From Negaprion brevirostris (taxonomy: Eukaryota), in assembly GCA_030324005.1 (NCBI GenBank), contig JARDVH010000110.1, positions 31,719,361 to 31,783,360 of the forward strand: a stretch of DNA of 64,000 bases. Direction: 5' to 3'. The notes beneath the pieces were generated by a model, which saw only the letters and a list, made by a program, of their open reading frames with translations, did not search any database and had not been told where the DNA came from. The position numbers and the translations under genes are program-made. Shown in pieces: positions 1 to 11,850 of this stretch (positions within the stretch are counted from its first letter, which is position 1; each line of letters opens with the position of its first letter).

Positions 1-405
1 CTCAGGCAGAGTGGTAGTGGAGCTCCTTTACCAACCCCCACTGATCTCAAGCAGAGAATCGTCAGACGCTAGGCACTTACCTCCTCACTAGCTGGAGCAC
101 CTCAATCGGTCTTCTATGGAGCATGTCTGTTTCATGCCGATTCTGGATGGGTGGCCATGGTGGTAAAGGGAGAATTGCCAGTAAAGTTGGGCATGCAATC
201 CATTTAGTCTATTTAAATACATGCAAATATATTTAAATGGCCGTCATGCCCATTTTGGGCACGGTCCCAATCATGGCTATTTTTGGGCATTGTTGAAGGG
301 AGAACCAGCACGGAAGTGGGCGTGGATCGCGCTACTCACCTCACACCCGACTTTACCAGGTTTTTGTGCCTGAGAATGGGCGCAACGTGATGGTAAAATC
401 GAGCC
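1..405. mobile_element. End of a GC-rich non-autonomous DNA transposon (MITE-like, probably Harbinger-related)
   Basis: Ends in ...GGTAAAATCGAGCC, which resembles the GGGC/GGCT-GAATTTT-type termini of other MITEs in the window. CpG-rich with no ORF; the left end lies outside the window. Confidence 0.4.
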
Positions 406-406
406 T

Positions 407-597
407 TGTTTAAACAGGGCTAATACATTTATGTTTACTTAGGTTCCCCTGGGATTTTGGAGTAATGTTTTGATTAGGTTGATTGACAGAGACAGAGTCA
501 CGAGGTAATGGGAGGAGCTAACCTTGCAGAAAATAAAGAATTTCAGTTACATTTTAAAATACAAGCAGTTGCTACATGGGCTGCCAGAAGAAATCAG

Positions 598-631
<34 letters not shown>

Positions 632-1016
632 GAGGTGATCTGAAAGCACCAGGACTGTTAACCTAGGGGATGAGGAAGTACACCTATATTTTGTGAACTA
701 ATTATAAAGAGGGTTTGAAATTTACAAGGGAAATTTTGCTTGATTGGAACTCAAAGTGATAGGTTAGTAGTTAAGACTTGTATCTTGTCATGCTTAAGTA
801 TTGTTCAGTTGTTAAAGGTTAAGCTGATTCATTTGTTATAATTAAACTGTGTTGTTAAATAAAGTTTGTTTTGATAAAAGCTTCCAAATGTATCAGCAGA
901 ATTGTGCCTGGAATGAATCATCTTAAATTCACACAAATGCCAAAATAGAAAATTGTTGGGGTCTGGTCTGACTTCATAAAACATCTTGTCGTTTCTGATC
1001 TGGTACCCTAATAACA
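407..1016 (+). mobile_element. Solo-LTR-like repeat
   Basis: TGTT...AACA termini, internal (CT)n and AATAAA near 858. No TSD identified. Confidence 0.4.
600..628. repeat. (CT)n microsatellite
   Basis: Directly visible dinucleotide run. Confidence 0.95.
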
Positions 1017-1819
1017 TACATAGTATCTTTTTATAGAGTTAAAGTTAAATGCTTATCTTCCCAAATACCTTAATGTATTACAAGAAATTCTAAACAACCA
1101 TATTTGAACATTGGTGCCATAGGTCTGATATCTAACTAAGTTAAAATAATATAAAGCCATCAATACTGATCACCAGTAGAAATCTTAATTTAAAAGAGTC
1201 TCAAGCAGGTCGAGCTCTTTACTGTTTCAAACTACCATGAATAGATAGTTTGAATACCATCTATTTGAAATCAGCACTATGTACAATAAAGGCCAAAGTG
1301 AAAAATCTGGAGTTACTGGCATTAGAAATTCATTTGGGGATTTTTGCAAAACAGGTTGAAGTGGATTGGCTTCCTATTATAAGGAGTTTCTGACTTTCAC
1401 TTCCATTGACATCAATGAAATATAATGGATGGCAGATCCAATACCACCCATCTTGTGCGACAACTGCAGACAATGTTTTTCATCAGAGTATCGTATGTTC
1501 AAGTTGGCAAATGACACAGGGCTATAAGGCACAGTAAATTGTGTGGATAAGAGGAGAATGTAGTGCAGAGGTATAGCAAACTAAAGGAATGTACAAAACT
1601 GGCAGCTGGAGTCCAATGTGATAATTGTGAATTCGAACACGGTGGATTGAACAAAGATACTTTTTTGAAGGAATGCAAGAAGCAATTGGATTTATGAATC
1701 CACGTGCACAGATCAGTAAGAGCTAATGCACAGGTACAAAGTACATTTAAAAGTTGATGAAACGTTGGCACCTATCTCAGTGAACTTTCAATTCAAAAAG
1801 TGGACTTTTTTCTGGGTTT

Positions 1820-2705
1820 TTCCAAGAGATGTGAGTGTCACTGGAAAGGCCAGCATTTGTTACCCATCGCTAACTGCACTTAAGGGGTGGTGGTGAACCA
1901 CCTTCTTGAATTGTTGTAGTTCTTGTGATGTAAGTACACCCACAGTGCTCTTAGGAAGGTAGTTCCAGGATTTTGACCCAGTGACCTTGAAGGAACAGTG
2001 ATACAAACCATGTTGGTGTGTGGTTTGGAGAAGAAGTTGCAGGTGATGGTGTTCCCATGTGCCTTTATTTTATTCTTTCAGGTGAAGAGGACATTATGAT
2101 ATCCATCTCTAATTCTCTCAAGAAGATGGTGGTGGTGAGCCCCCTTTTGAATTGTTGCAGTACCTGTGTAGGTACATCCACATGTTGTTAGGCGGAAAGT
2201 TCCTGGATTTCTACCCTGCAACAGGGAAGGAACAACAATAAAGTTCCAAGTCAGGATGGCGTGTGGCTTGAAGAGGATTTTGCAGCTGGTGGTCTTGCCA
2301 TGCACCTGAAACTCTTGTCCTTTAGATAATACAGTTTGCAGATTTAAAAGATGCTGTTGAAGGAGCTTGCTGAGTTGCATCTTGTAGATGGCACACAATG
2401 CTGCCACTTTGCATCAGTGATGGAAGGAATGAATGTTTAGGGTGATGGAAGAGGTGCCAATCAAACAGACTGCCTTGTCCTGGATGGTGTCAAACTTCCT
2501 GAGTGTTATAGGAGCCACACTCATCCAGGCAAGTGGAGAGTATTCGATCACAATCCTGATTTGTGCCTTATAGCATAGGCTTTGGGGAGTCAGGAGATGA
2601 GTTACTCCACAGAATTTCAGCCTGTGACCTGCTTTTGTAGCACAGTATTTATATGGCTGGCCCAATTAGGTTTCTGGTCAATGCTAATCCACTGGATATT
2701 GATGG
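1820..2705 (-). mobile_element. CR1/L2-superfamily LINE 3' fragments (second family)
   Basis: Minus-strand peptide YKAQIRIVIEYSPLAWMSVAPITLRKFDTIQDKAVCLIG is a LINE ORF2 C-terminal motif. The same family recurs at 43300-44000 (IRNVMEYSPLVWLSAAP). Confidence 0.75.
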
Positions 2706-2879
2706 TGTTGTGTCATTTATAAAATATGTTCAAGCTCCCATCTTGACACTGAGCTGGAATTTCCTGGGGCTGTGCAATGCTGTAAGGTACTGATGGGCAG
2801 CTTAGGTAGTGAGTGACTGCACGAGTGGCCCTCCTTCATCTCAGTGGGCCACAAGATTGATAGCAGGCTTGTTCAGTAA

Positions 2880-3545
2880 CATAAGACCATAAGATCATAA
2901 GACATAGGAGTAGAATTAGGCCATTCAGCTCACTGAGTCTGCTCCACCATTCAAAAATGGCTGATATATTTCTCATCCCCATTCTCCTGCCTTTTCCCCA
3001 TAACTTCAGATCCCCTTATTAATCAAGAACCAATCTATCTCTGTCTTAAAGACAGTCAATGACTTGGCCTCCACAGCCTTCTGATGCAAAGAGTTCCACA
3101 GATTCACCACTTGCTGGCTGAAGAAATTCCTCCTCATCTCTGTTTAAAAGGATCGTCCCTTCAGGTTGTGCCCTCTAATTCTACTTTTTCCTACTAATGG
3201 AAACATCCTCTCCACATCCACGCTATTCAGGCCTCACAGTATCCTGTAAGTTTCAATAAGATCCCCCCTCATCCATCTAAACTCCAACGAGGACACACCC
3301 AGAGTCCTCAACAATTTCTCATACGACAAGTTCTTCATTCCAGAGATCATTCCTGTGAATCTCCTCTGGCCTTTCCAAGGCCAGCACATCGTTTCTTAAA
3401 AATGAGGCCCAAAATTGCTCACAATACTCCAAATGGGGTCTGACCAGAGCCTTGTACAGCCTCAGAAGTACATCCCTGCTCTTGTATTCCAGCCCTCTCA
3501 ACGTGAATGCTAACACTGTATTTGCTTCCTAACTGCCTTCCTAAC
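2880..3545 (-). mobile_element. CR1 LINE 3' end (5'-truncated)
   Basis: Peptide MLAFTLRGLEYKSRDVLLRLYKALVRPHLEYCEQFW, with a short tandem-repeat tail (CATAAGA)n at 2880. Confidence 0.9.
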
Positions 3546-3664
3546 ATGGCCCATGAATAAGATTAAATACATTTAATACACGCTGAATATTTCACGAGTT
3601 ATAGAAAATGCAAAATCACTTATATATTAATAGAACTACCACCAGCTTCAAATAGTAAAAATAA

Positions 3665-5580
3665 AAGAACAAAGAACAGTACAGCCCAGGAATAGGCCCT
3701 GTCTGTGCTGACAAAGATGCCTCTCTAATCTAATGTTTTCTTGCTTCTATGTGGTCCATATCCCTCTATTTTCTGCCTATTCATATATCTCTTGAACATT
3801 GTCATAGAATCTGCTTCCACCACCTCCTCTGGCAGCGCGTTCCTGGCATTAACCTCCCTCTGTGTGAAAAAAAGTCTCTTTTAAACTTTCCCCCTCTCAC
3901 TTTCAATTACACCCCCGAGTAATTGACCCTTCAACCCTGGGAAAAGATTCTGATTATTCACTTTTTCTAAGCATGTCATAATCTTTTAAGCCTCTGTCAG
4001 GTTCCCCCTCATCCTCTGATGCTCCACTGAAAACAACCCAAGTTTGTTCAACCTTTCTTCATAGTCCATATCCTCCAAACCAGGCAACATTTTGGTAAAT
4101 TTCTTCTTCACCCTTTCCAATGCATCAACACCCTTTTGGTAGTGTGGCGACCAAATTGTATACAATATCCCAAATGCGGCCTAACCAAAATCTTATACAG
4201 CTGCAACGTGATTTTCCAATTCCTATACTCAACAGCCCAAACGATGAAGGCCAGCATGCCATATGCCTTCTTGACCACCTTGTCCACCTGAGTTGTCACC
4301 TTCAGGGAACTATGGATCTGCATCCTAGTTCCCTCAGTACGCTAACATTTCTAAGGGCTCTACCATTTTCTGTATACTTTCCTTCTGCAGTAGACTTTCC
4401 AAATCGCATCACGTCACATTTATCTGGGTTAAGTTCCATCTGCCATCTTTCAGCCCACATTTACAGCCGATTTATATCCTGCTGTATCCCTTCATTATCC
4501 ACTACTCCTCCAATTTTTGTATCATCTGTAAATTTACTAATCAGACTAGATACATTTTCCTCCAAATATTTATATATATTAAGAAACAACAGAGGCGCAA
4601 GTAATGATCCTTGTGGAATATTGCTTGTCACAGACCTCCAGTTAGAAAAGTACCCTTTCACTGCTACTGTCTGCTTTCTATGCCCAAGTCAGTTTTGTAC
4701 CCATCTTACCAGCTCACCTCGGATCCCATATGACTTGACCATCTGTATCAGCCTGCCATGAGGAATGTTATCAGTGGCTTTACTAAAGTCCATGTATACA
4801 ATATCCATTGCTCTTCCCTGGTCAATTTTTCTTGTCACTTCCTCAAAGAACTCAATCAAGTTTGGAAGACACAAAACCATGCCACCTAGCACTATTAAGC
4901 GAATTCTCTTTCAGATTTGGGTACATTCTGTCCCCAAGAATCTGTTCCAATCATTTCCCCACCACTGATGTGAAGCTCACAGGCCTTTAATTATCTGGAT
5001 TGTCTCTTCTGCCCTTCTTAAACAGAGGAACAATGTTATCTACTCTTTACTCCTCCTGGTATCTCGCCTGTGACTAAAGCAGATACAAAGATTTTGGCCA
5101 AGGCTTCAGCAACTTCTTCCCTCACCTCTCTCAGTATTCTGGGATAGACCCTATCTGCCCTGGGGATCTGTCCACCTTCATGTTTTTCTAAACCTCCAAT
5201 ACCTCCTCCACTTTTACCTCAACATGTCCTAGAATATCCTCCTTTCTACAGTCATCATCCACTGCATCCTAGTCCTTTGTGAATATTGATGCAAAATACT
5301 TGTTAAGGACCTCACCTACCTCATCTGGCTCCACACACACAAATTGCCTCCACTGTCCTTGAATGGACCTACCCTTTCCATTGCTACCCCTTCCTCCTTA
5401 TATACGCATAAAAGCATTGGAGTTCACTTTGATCCTGCCCACCAAGGACATTTCATGATCCCTTTTTGCCCTCCTAAGTCCCCATTTAAGTTCCTTCCTG
5501 CTATATTTGTATTCCTCAAGAGTCTTACGCATTTTCAATTTCCTGAAATTTATGTATGCCTCCTTCTTCTTTTCCACCGT
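3665..5580 (-). mobile_element. CR1 LINE with degraded reverse transcriptase
   Basis: Frameshifted RT motifs: NLIEFFEEVTRKIDQGRAMDIVYMDFSKA, IPQGSLLAPLLF, ISKFTDDTKIGG and LYKILVRPHLGYC. Confidence 0.92.
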
Positions 5581-6317
5581 AATAAATATTTACACTTTGA
5601 ACACAAAGGGAGTGCACGAGTCTTGTAGTCAATGTTGAGTGCAACTAGCATGCACCTCACTTTATTTTCCCCTGCTTTACATGCATATCACTTCAGTAAT
5701 ATTGGTAGGAAAAAAACTATGCGGACGGAAATCAAACTGTGCAATGTGCAACTATCAACAAAGTGTCTCGTGGGCCACATTCAGAATTCAGATGTGCCAC
5801 CATGTGACCGCAGACTGCATGTTGTCACCACTGCTATAAGAAGATGAAATGGAAGTTCTGAGCCTGCAAATACCAGCCGCAAGACCACAATTTTTCTGTG
5901 CACAATCTTCCACAAGGTGGCCTCTTAATGAGCCACCTCTTAAGTTTGCCATCCTATTAAGAATGGTGGCTGGCTCCTGATACTGCTAGCTAATCAGCTG
6001 TCTGGCATCTCTGGAGCTTTGGCAGTCGCACTGGGAGTGCTTGGTGTTGCTGATGCAGTAAGGGATAGTGAGGGCACCTCAGCAAAAAAATGCCCTTGGA
6101 GGTGTGGATCCAAATGAAAAGTTATGAAGGCCCTCAGAGTGGAGAAGAAGCCTCTTTGGAGGAATCATTTGGGCCACATCACTGGGGCACGAAACTTCTG
6201 ACTCCATTGAGATGGTGGCCTCTACACATAGTGTGCAGCTGCTCTGCTGGGTCTTAACTCAGAACTGGATAACTGCCTGTGGCGTGGGCATCTGCTCCCA
6301 TCTGCCCTGGGAAACAT

Positions 6318-6502
6318 GATGTGGAAATGCTGGCGTTGGACTGGAGTAAGCACAGTAAGAAGTCTCACAACACCAGGTTAAAGTCCAACAGGTTTATTTG
6401 GTAGCACGGGCTTTCCAAGCACTACCCCTTCAAAGTGTTGCACTCACTTGATGAATGGGCAGCGCTCCAAAAGCTTGTGCTACCAAATAAACCTGTTGGA
6501 CT
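6318..6502. mobile_element. Penelope-like element terminus with inverted repeat and decayed hammerhead-like motif
   Basis: Perfect 26-bp inverted repeat (6382-6407 / 6477-6502) around TTGATGAATGGGCAGCGCTCCAAAAGC. Confidence 0.6.
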
Positions 6503-6933
6503 TATTATACTTATAATGCTTTGGGAAAGATACTCTTAATAGNNNNNNNNNNNNNNNNNNNNNNNNNNNNNNNNNNNNNNNNNNNNNNNNNNNNNNNNNN
6601 NNNNNNNNNNNNNNNNNNNNNNNNNNNNNNNNNNNNNNNNNNNNNNNNNNNNNNNNNNNNNNNNNNNNNNNNNNNNNNNNNNNNNNNNNNNNNNNNNNNN
6701 NNNNNNNNNNNNNNNNNNNNNNNNNNNNNNNNNNNNNNNNNNNNNNNNNNNNNNNNNNNNNNNNNNNNNNNNNNNNNNNNNNNNNNNNNNNNNNNNNNNN
6801 NNNNNNNNNNNNNNNNNNNNNNNNNNNNNNNNNNNNNNNNNNNNNNNNNNNNNNNNNNNNNNNNNNNNNNNNNNNNNNNNNNNNNNNNNNNNNNNNNNNN
6901 NNNNNNNNNNNNNNNNNNNNNNNNNNNNNNNNN

Positions 6934-7250
6934 ACAGAGAAGCAATTTCCTTTTGGTAATGGAATTCAAAACAGGGCAATCTAATCTCAAACTTAGAGGC
7001 GGGTCATTTAGGAGTGAACAGGAAATCTGTTTAAAAAATCACAAAAGCGGAAATCTGGAACACACTCCACCAAAAGGCAGAGCGATTAGCCAATTAAAAG
7101 TTTCAAGACTGAGACTGCTGGATAACTTTTGTTATATCTGGATCTCAAGGGATATGGAACAAAGGGGAGAAAGTAGATTGGAGATACAGATCAGTGTATT
7201 GAATGGTAGAGCAAACCTCAGGTTGGATTGCCAATTCATGTTCCTATGAG
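6934..7250 (+). mobile_element. CR1 3' end, old
   Basis: Peptide fragment ...EFKTGQSNLKLRGGSFRS... matches the CR1 ORF2 C-terminus, followed by a CR1-type 3' UTR. Confidence 0.6.
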
Positions 7251-8699
7251 CAATTTTATTGCCTGGCATAGAGGATGGCAAATTCATCCCTCTATAATTT
7301 AAACCTAGTTATTTAATCATAAGACCTCCATAATGGCCATAAAATGATAACCTTTCCAGAGGTAGTCTGCCATCTCCACCTACTCGAATGATGTATTCTC
7401 AGCGCCATTTATTCTAAAGACACAGTACTTAGCACAGGGCAATTTCAGTGGAACTAGTTTGGAAGGTTCATATCAATGATTCCCTACATTGCAGCTTGGT
7501 GCATCCCACCAGTCACACAGAATCAGAACTGAAAGGTCAAAATGGAGGGGTCAATGGCAGCAAAAAAATTTTCCCCCACTATAAATACGCTTACGATTAA
7601 TAGTTCAAGAAAGTTGGAACATTTAATTTCATCTAATGACTGCAAGATTGGGAGAGTATTTTGCAAGAACTTGCAAATTATACTATTGTGATTATGCAAG
7701 ACCAGGGGAACTTGTAATCTTTTTTGCAAGTAATCATGACACCTAACAAAATTGTTGTTTTAAAAACAAAAATGTATTGAAGCCAGCAAACTAATGAAAC
7801 ATTCAAAAAACATCGATGTAGCTGTGGATCACTTAGCAGTGTGCCATTTCCAGATTCCAGCCCTGTTGGCTGTGAAGGGTTAATACTTGTTTTAAAGCAG
7901 CAGTAATGGCCAGGGTTATTGCAGTATGTTAGCTTACGAATATGCTTATGCTATGGCATTTGATGTATGTTTGCAGTCACATTGCTTCACAATGAGTAAC
8001 CAATTTTAACCAGGCTATTAAGGCGAGAGGCTTATTCAAATGAATGAAGGAAATTGGAAAGCAAACTGACCTTGCAATTCTGATGTGCCTTTTAACAAGT
8101 GAGCGCAAAGCAACATTTTCAAAACCCTGAAATCAGGTCACCTTGTTTGCACTGAGGCTCTGCCAAGGTTCCAACTGAGGGCCTACCTGCAGAACAGCTG
8201 CTTAACCGTGGGATGAGGTGATGAGTCAGGAACTGTTCAGGGAGTCGCTAATGTTATTTCCATGGTGAAAATGAATCTCAGGTTTTATAACAAAAGAACT
8301 GAATTTAACTTTAGGAATATGCGTCAATGTTTGTTATCTTGAATACCAATAGGTACCCACATTTGAATTGCATTAATATGGAAAAAATTTCATTTCACCC
8401 AGAGCTCCATGAGGTAGTGTTCCACTGGTGCAACCCCAGAAAACAATCTCTCCATCATGCTCCAAGATTATAATCCAAATCTCCAGGTCACAGTGGAGTG
8501 GTTAGTGCCTGACTTAGCATTGCCCATCTCAATCTGTCAACTAAACTCCAACAGAGCTAAAGAAAATGAAGTAATGTTCTTTTCAGTCTCCAAAAAGAGC
8601 CAATCTGCCTTTGGATGAAGTAGAAACCTTCTGGGATTCACTTCTAAATTAAATTTTGGGCCGAGGAAGTGACTCATCTCAACAATGTCAACTACTTTA

Positions 8700-9045
8700 A
8701 GGGGAGGTGATGGCCTAGTGGTATTATCACTAGATTGTTAATCCAGAAACTCAACTAATGTTCTGGGAACCCAGGTTCAAATTCCACCATGGCAGATGAC
8801 GGAATTTGAATTCAATAAAAAAAATCTGAGTTAAGACTTTATTGATCACCATGAATCCATTGTCGATTGTCGGAAAAACCTGTCTGGTTCTCTAATGTTC
8901 TTTAGGGAAGAAAATCTGCCGTCCTTACCAGGAATGGCCCACATGTGACTCCAGAGACACAGCAATGTGGTTGGCTGTCAACTGCCTTCGTGCAACTAGG
9001 TAATAAATGCTGGCCAGCAAGCGACACCCACGTCTCATGAATGAA
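8700..9045 (+). mobile_element. tRNA-headed SINE (second family; tail shared with the CR1/L2-like LINE)
   Basis: A-box-like TGGCCTAGTGG, B-box-like GGTTCAAATTCC and tail ...GACACCCACGTCTCATGAATGAAT. An inverted copy lies at 10860-11210. Confidence 0.75.
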
Positions 9046-9254
9046 TTTTGAAAAGTGAACATGACATAAGGGAAGGAGTAATTCCATCTCAGATTCAAAA
9101 TATCATGGCAAATGGGGCATGTTCCCAGGCCCCGATTTTAATTCACTCAAAATCTGCTCACCTGCATTGAGTGGGCCCTGGCGTAACCAGGTTTTGCCAA
9201 AAACCTCAGTCTCTATTTTCCACCCTCAACCCGCCAAAGAATTTTAGAACCATT

Positions 9255-9452
9255 ATTTCCTTCCACCTTTGGCTAAGATCAAAGGCAGGATCAAGCCCGG
9301 TATCAGATGTAATGCCTGTTCTTGTCAGCTTGGATCTCATGTGTCCCTTTGTGGAAATCATGAAATTGGATTTAATTTGAATTAAATTAGATCGTTGGAG
9401 CGAGCCAGGAGATGGATTGAGGGCTTGCCCTGTCCATGCTGAACGTTGGCTT
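9255..9452 (+). pseudogene. Degenerate U2 snRNA-derived sequence with a ~25-nt insert
   Basis: Blocks colinear with vertebrate U2: CCTTTGGCTAAGATCAA, TGTAATGCCTGTTCTTGTCAG, TGGATTT, TTGGAGC..GGAGATGGA and GCTTGCCCTGTCCA. Confidence 0.8.
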
Positions 9453-10012
9453 TATAACTCTGAGAAAGGGATAAAACTTGTAAAAAAATCCTTCTACCAA
9501 CTTACTGAGATTCATCTCAGTTTACTTCCTTGTAATGATTAGACAAATCTCATGAAGTTTGAGTCCCTGTGTAACTTTTCAACAATTTAAATTCTGTAAG
9601 CCATAAACTGGAAGGCAAGGTAGGTCAGCAAGCTGGATCAATGGAGTCTGGAACAATGATAATATTAGTGACTGCATTTAAAAACCAATCCATTATTTGC
9701 TTTGACATCTTTAAGATAGGATAGATTATTAGAGAAAGGCAAGATCTGTTTCTCACTAAATCATGATCCTCACTTGGAGACACAATGGGCCAAATGACCT
9801 CCTTCTGCACCATAACAATCCTGTGATTCTGTTCAATTTAAGCTGTGAAATTATGAAGTAAGCCATAATAGTTGTTTCTTTCCAACTAATAATGTCATTG
9901 TGAATGCCATGACTAGGGAATACAAACTCGGTGTAAGACATTTTGGGAACTTATTCCGAAAAATAACGTTTAAAAGTATTACCCCTACCTTGCATAACAA
10001 CGTAAGTATAAT

Positions 10013-10149
10013 GGCTGGAATTCTCCAGCCTTGCCAGCTACTGGGATTCTCCTGTCCCACTGCCATGAATGGAGATTTTGGTTGAGCGCCAAATCCTCCG
10101 TCCTCGTTGACAACAGTAGCCAGGCGCGTGAGACTGCAGAATTCCGGCC
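10013..10149. mobile_element. 137-bp MITE with 16-bp TIRs and 3-bp AAT TSD (PIF/Harbinger-type)
   Basis: Termini GGCTGGAATTCTCCAG ... CTGCAGAATTCCGGCC (14/16 match), with AAT on both flanks. Confidence 0.8.
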
Positions 10150-10859
10150 AATTTATATATACTATACATTCCTTATACATGTCTTATAATGCTTTTTAGC
10201 CCAATGATTTTGATTCAGCTGAAGAATAAAATCAAAATACTAGAATAATGCTCAAGTGTTTTACGCCATTGGAAATCAACCTTTTGAAGATGAGAAGATA
10301 TTTTGAAGATAGCTTTATTTGAAGGCATGGATCTGAAACCATTGGTTGTGATATTACCCATTGATTTGGTATGAAATCTAGCAACAACAACAGCAAATTG
10401 CATTTTTAGAGCGCTCTTCCACGAGAAGGGGAAAATTAAACAAGAAGTGTAAGGGCAGTATTTAATCCAGGGAACAGGCCAGCCTTCTCACCTGCCAACT
10501 GGAGAGCTGACAGGAATCCTGCTTTGGCTCTTTTTGGGAAGACTTACCATATTAGGTGCCAAACAAGCACTTTACTGGTCAGTGGTATGCCATCTCCAGG
10601 ATCAAAGGGCTGAAATCCTGTCCTTGGAATGCTGTCAGCCTATCACAGGCATTATTTTCCCACTTAAAGGTCCCAATGGCAAGATGGGAAGGCCTCCATG
10701 AGCCTTTCTGCCCATAATCTGGGCAAAGGCAGGGAGGTGGCGAAGTCCTCAGTTGTTACCCTCCTACCCGGTCAAATACCTCTGAATTTACCTTGGCACT
10801 AGATTCCACCCAAAGATTTTTTAAGGTAGTTAACGAGGCATTCTTTAACTGCCACATTC

Positions 10860-11210
10860 TTTCTTTAGTCATACGTGGAATGTGGGCCTCGCTGGCTGGG
10901 CCAGCATTTGTTGCCTGTCCTTAATTAACTTTGAGTGACTTCCTATGCCATTTCAGAGGGCATTTAAAATTCAACCACATTGCTGTAGGTTTGGAGTCAC
11001 ATGTAGGCCAGACCAGGTAAGGAAGACAGATTTCCTTTCTAAAAGGACCCAGATGCATTTTTATGACAATCGACAATGGTTTAATGGTCACCATTAGAGT
11101 TTAATTTCAGATTTTTAAAAATTTAAATCCAAATGGTGGGGTTGGAACCCTAGTCCCCACATCATCATGCAGTATCTCCAGATTACTAATTCAGTGACAA
11201 TATCACTAAG
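10860..11210 (-). mobile_element. tRNA-headed SINE, same family as 8700-9045
   Basis: Reverse-complement similarity to 8700-9045 (GGAGTCACATGTAGGCCAGACCAGGTAAGGA..., GACAATCGACAATGG). Confidence 0.7.
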
Positions 11211-11339
11211 ACCTGGGGCCTGAGTAAGACATAACCCACAAAAATGATAGGCATAACTGGGGTCCAAATAGGCACCCAAAGGAAGTGAGATATTTTGTTG
11301 CATAAGGACAGGGACTGCTTTAGTATCTGAGGAGTTGTA

Positions 11340-11850
11340 CATGGTAGTAAATATTATGCAAACACTCAGTGAACATCCCCACTCTTGACTTTATGACTTA
11401 AGGAAGGTGATTAATGAAGCAGCTGAAGATGGTCGGGCTTAGGACACAACCCTGAGGAACTCCTGCCGTGATGTCCTGGGACTGAGATGATTGGCCTCTA
11501 ACAACTATAACCTTCTTCCTTTGCTTCTAGTACAACTCCATCCAGTCAAATGCAACCTTCTCCATTCCCTTCGACTTTAGTTTTGGTCTTTAATACTACT
11601 CTCAGTCAAATGCTCCTGTGATGTCAAGGACGTTACTCTCACATCACCTCCTGAGTTCGGATCTTTTGTCCATGTTTGGACCATGACTGTTGTTGGAGCA
11701 GTACTCATCTAAGCAAGTTGAGAATATTCCATTATACTCCAGACTTGAGCTTTGTTGATGGCAGCAAGAATTTGGGGAGTCACTAAATGAGTTACTCACC
11801 ACAAAATCCTAAGCCCCTGACGTGTTCTTATAGCTGCAGTATTTATATTG
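11340..11850 (-). mobile_element. CR1/L2-like LINE fragments (second family)
   Basis: RT-region remnant (CACAACCCTGAGGAACTCCTG, i.e. GVPQG on the minus strand), similar to 2414-2700 and 45205-45560. Confidence 0.65.

Noticed and set aside
4120-4761. 213-aa plus-strand ORF
   Set aside because: It is the antisense shadow of the CR1 RT on the minus strand.
6511-7249. Long ORFs here and at 18466-19213 and 44680-45283
   Set aside because: They consist mostly of X residues from N-runs.
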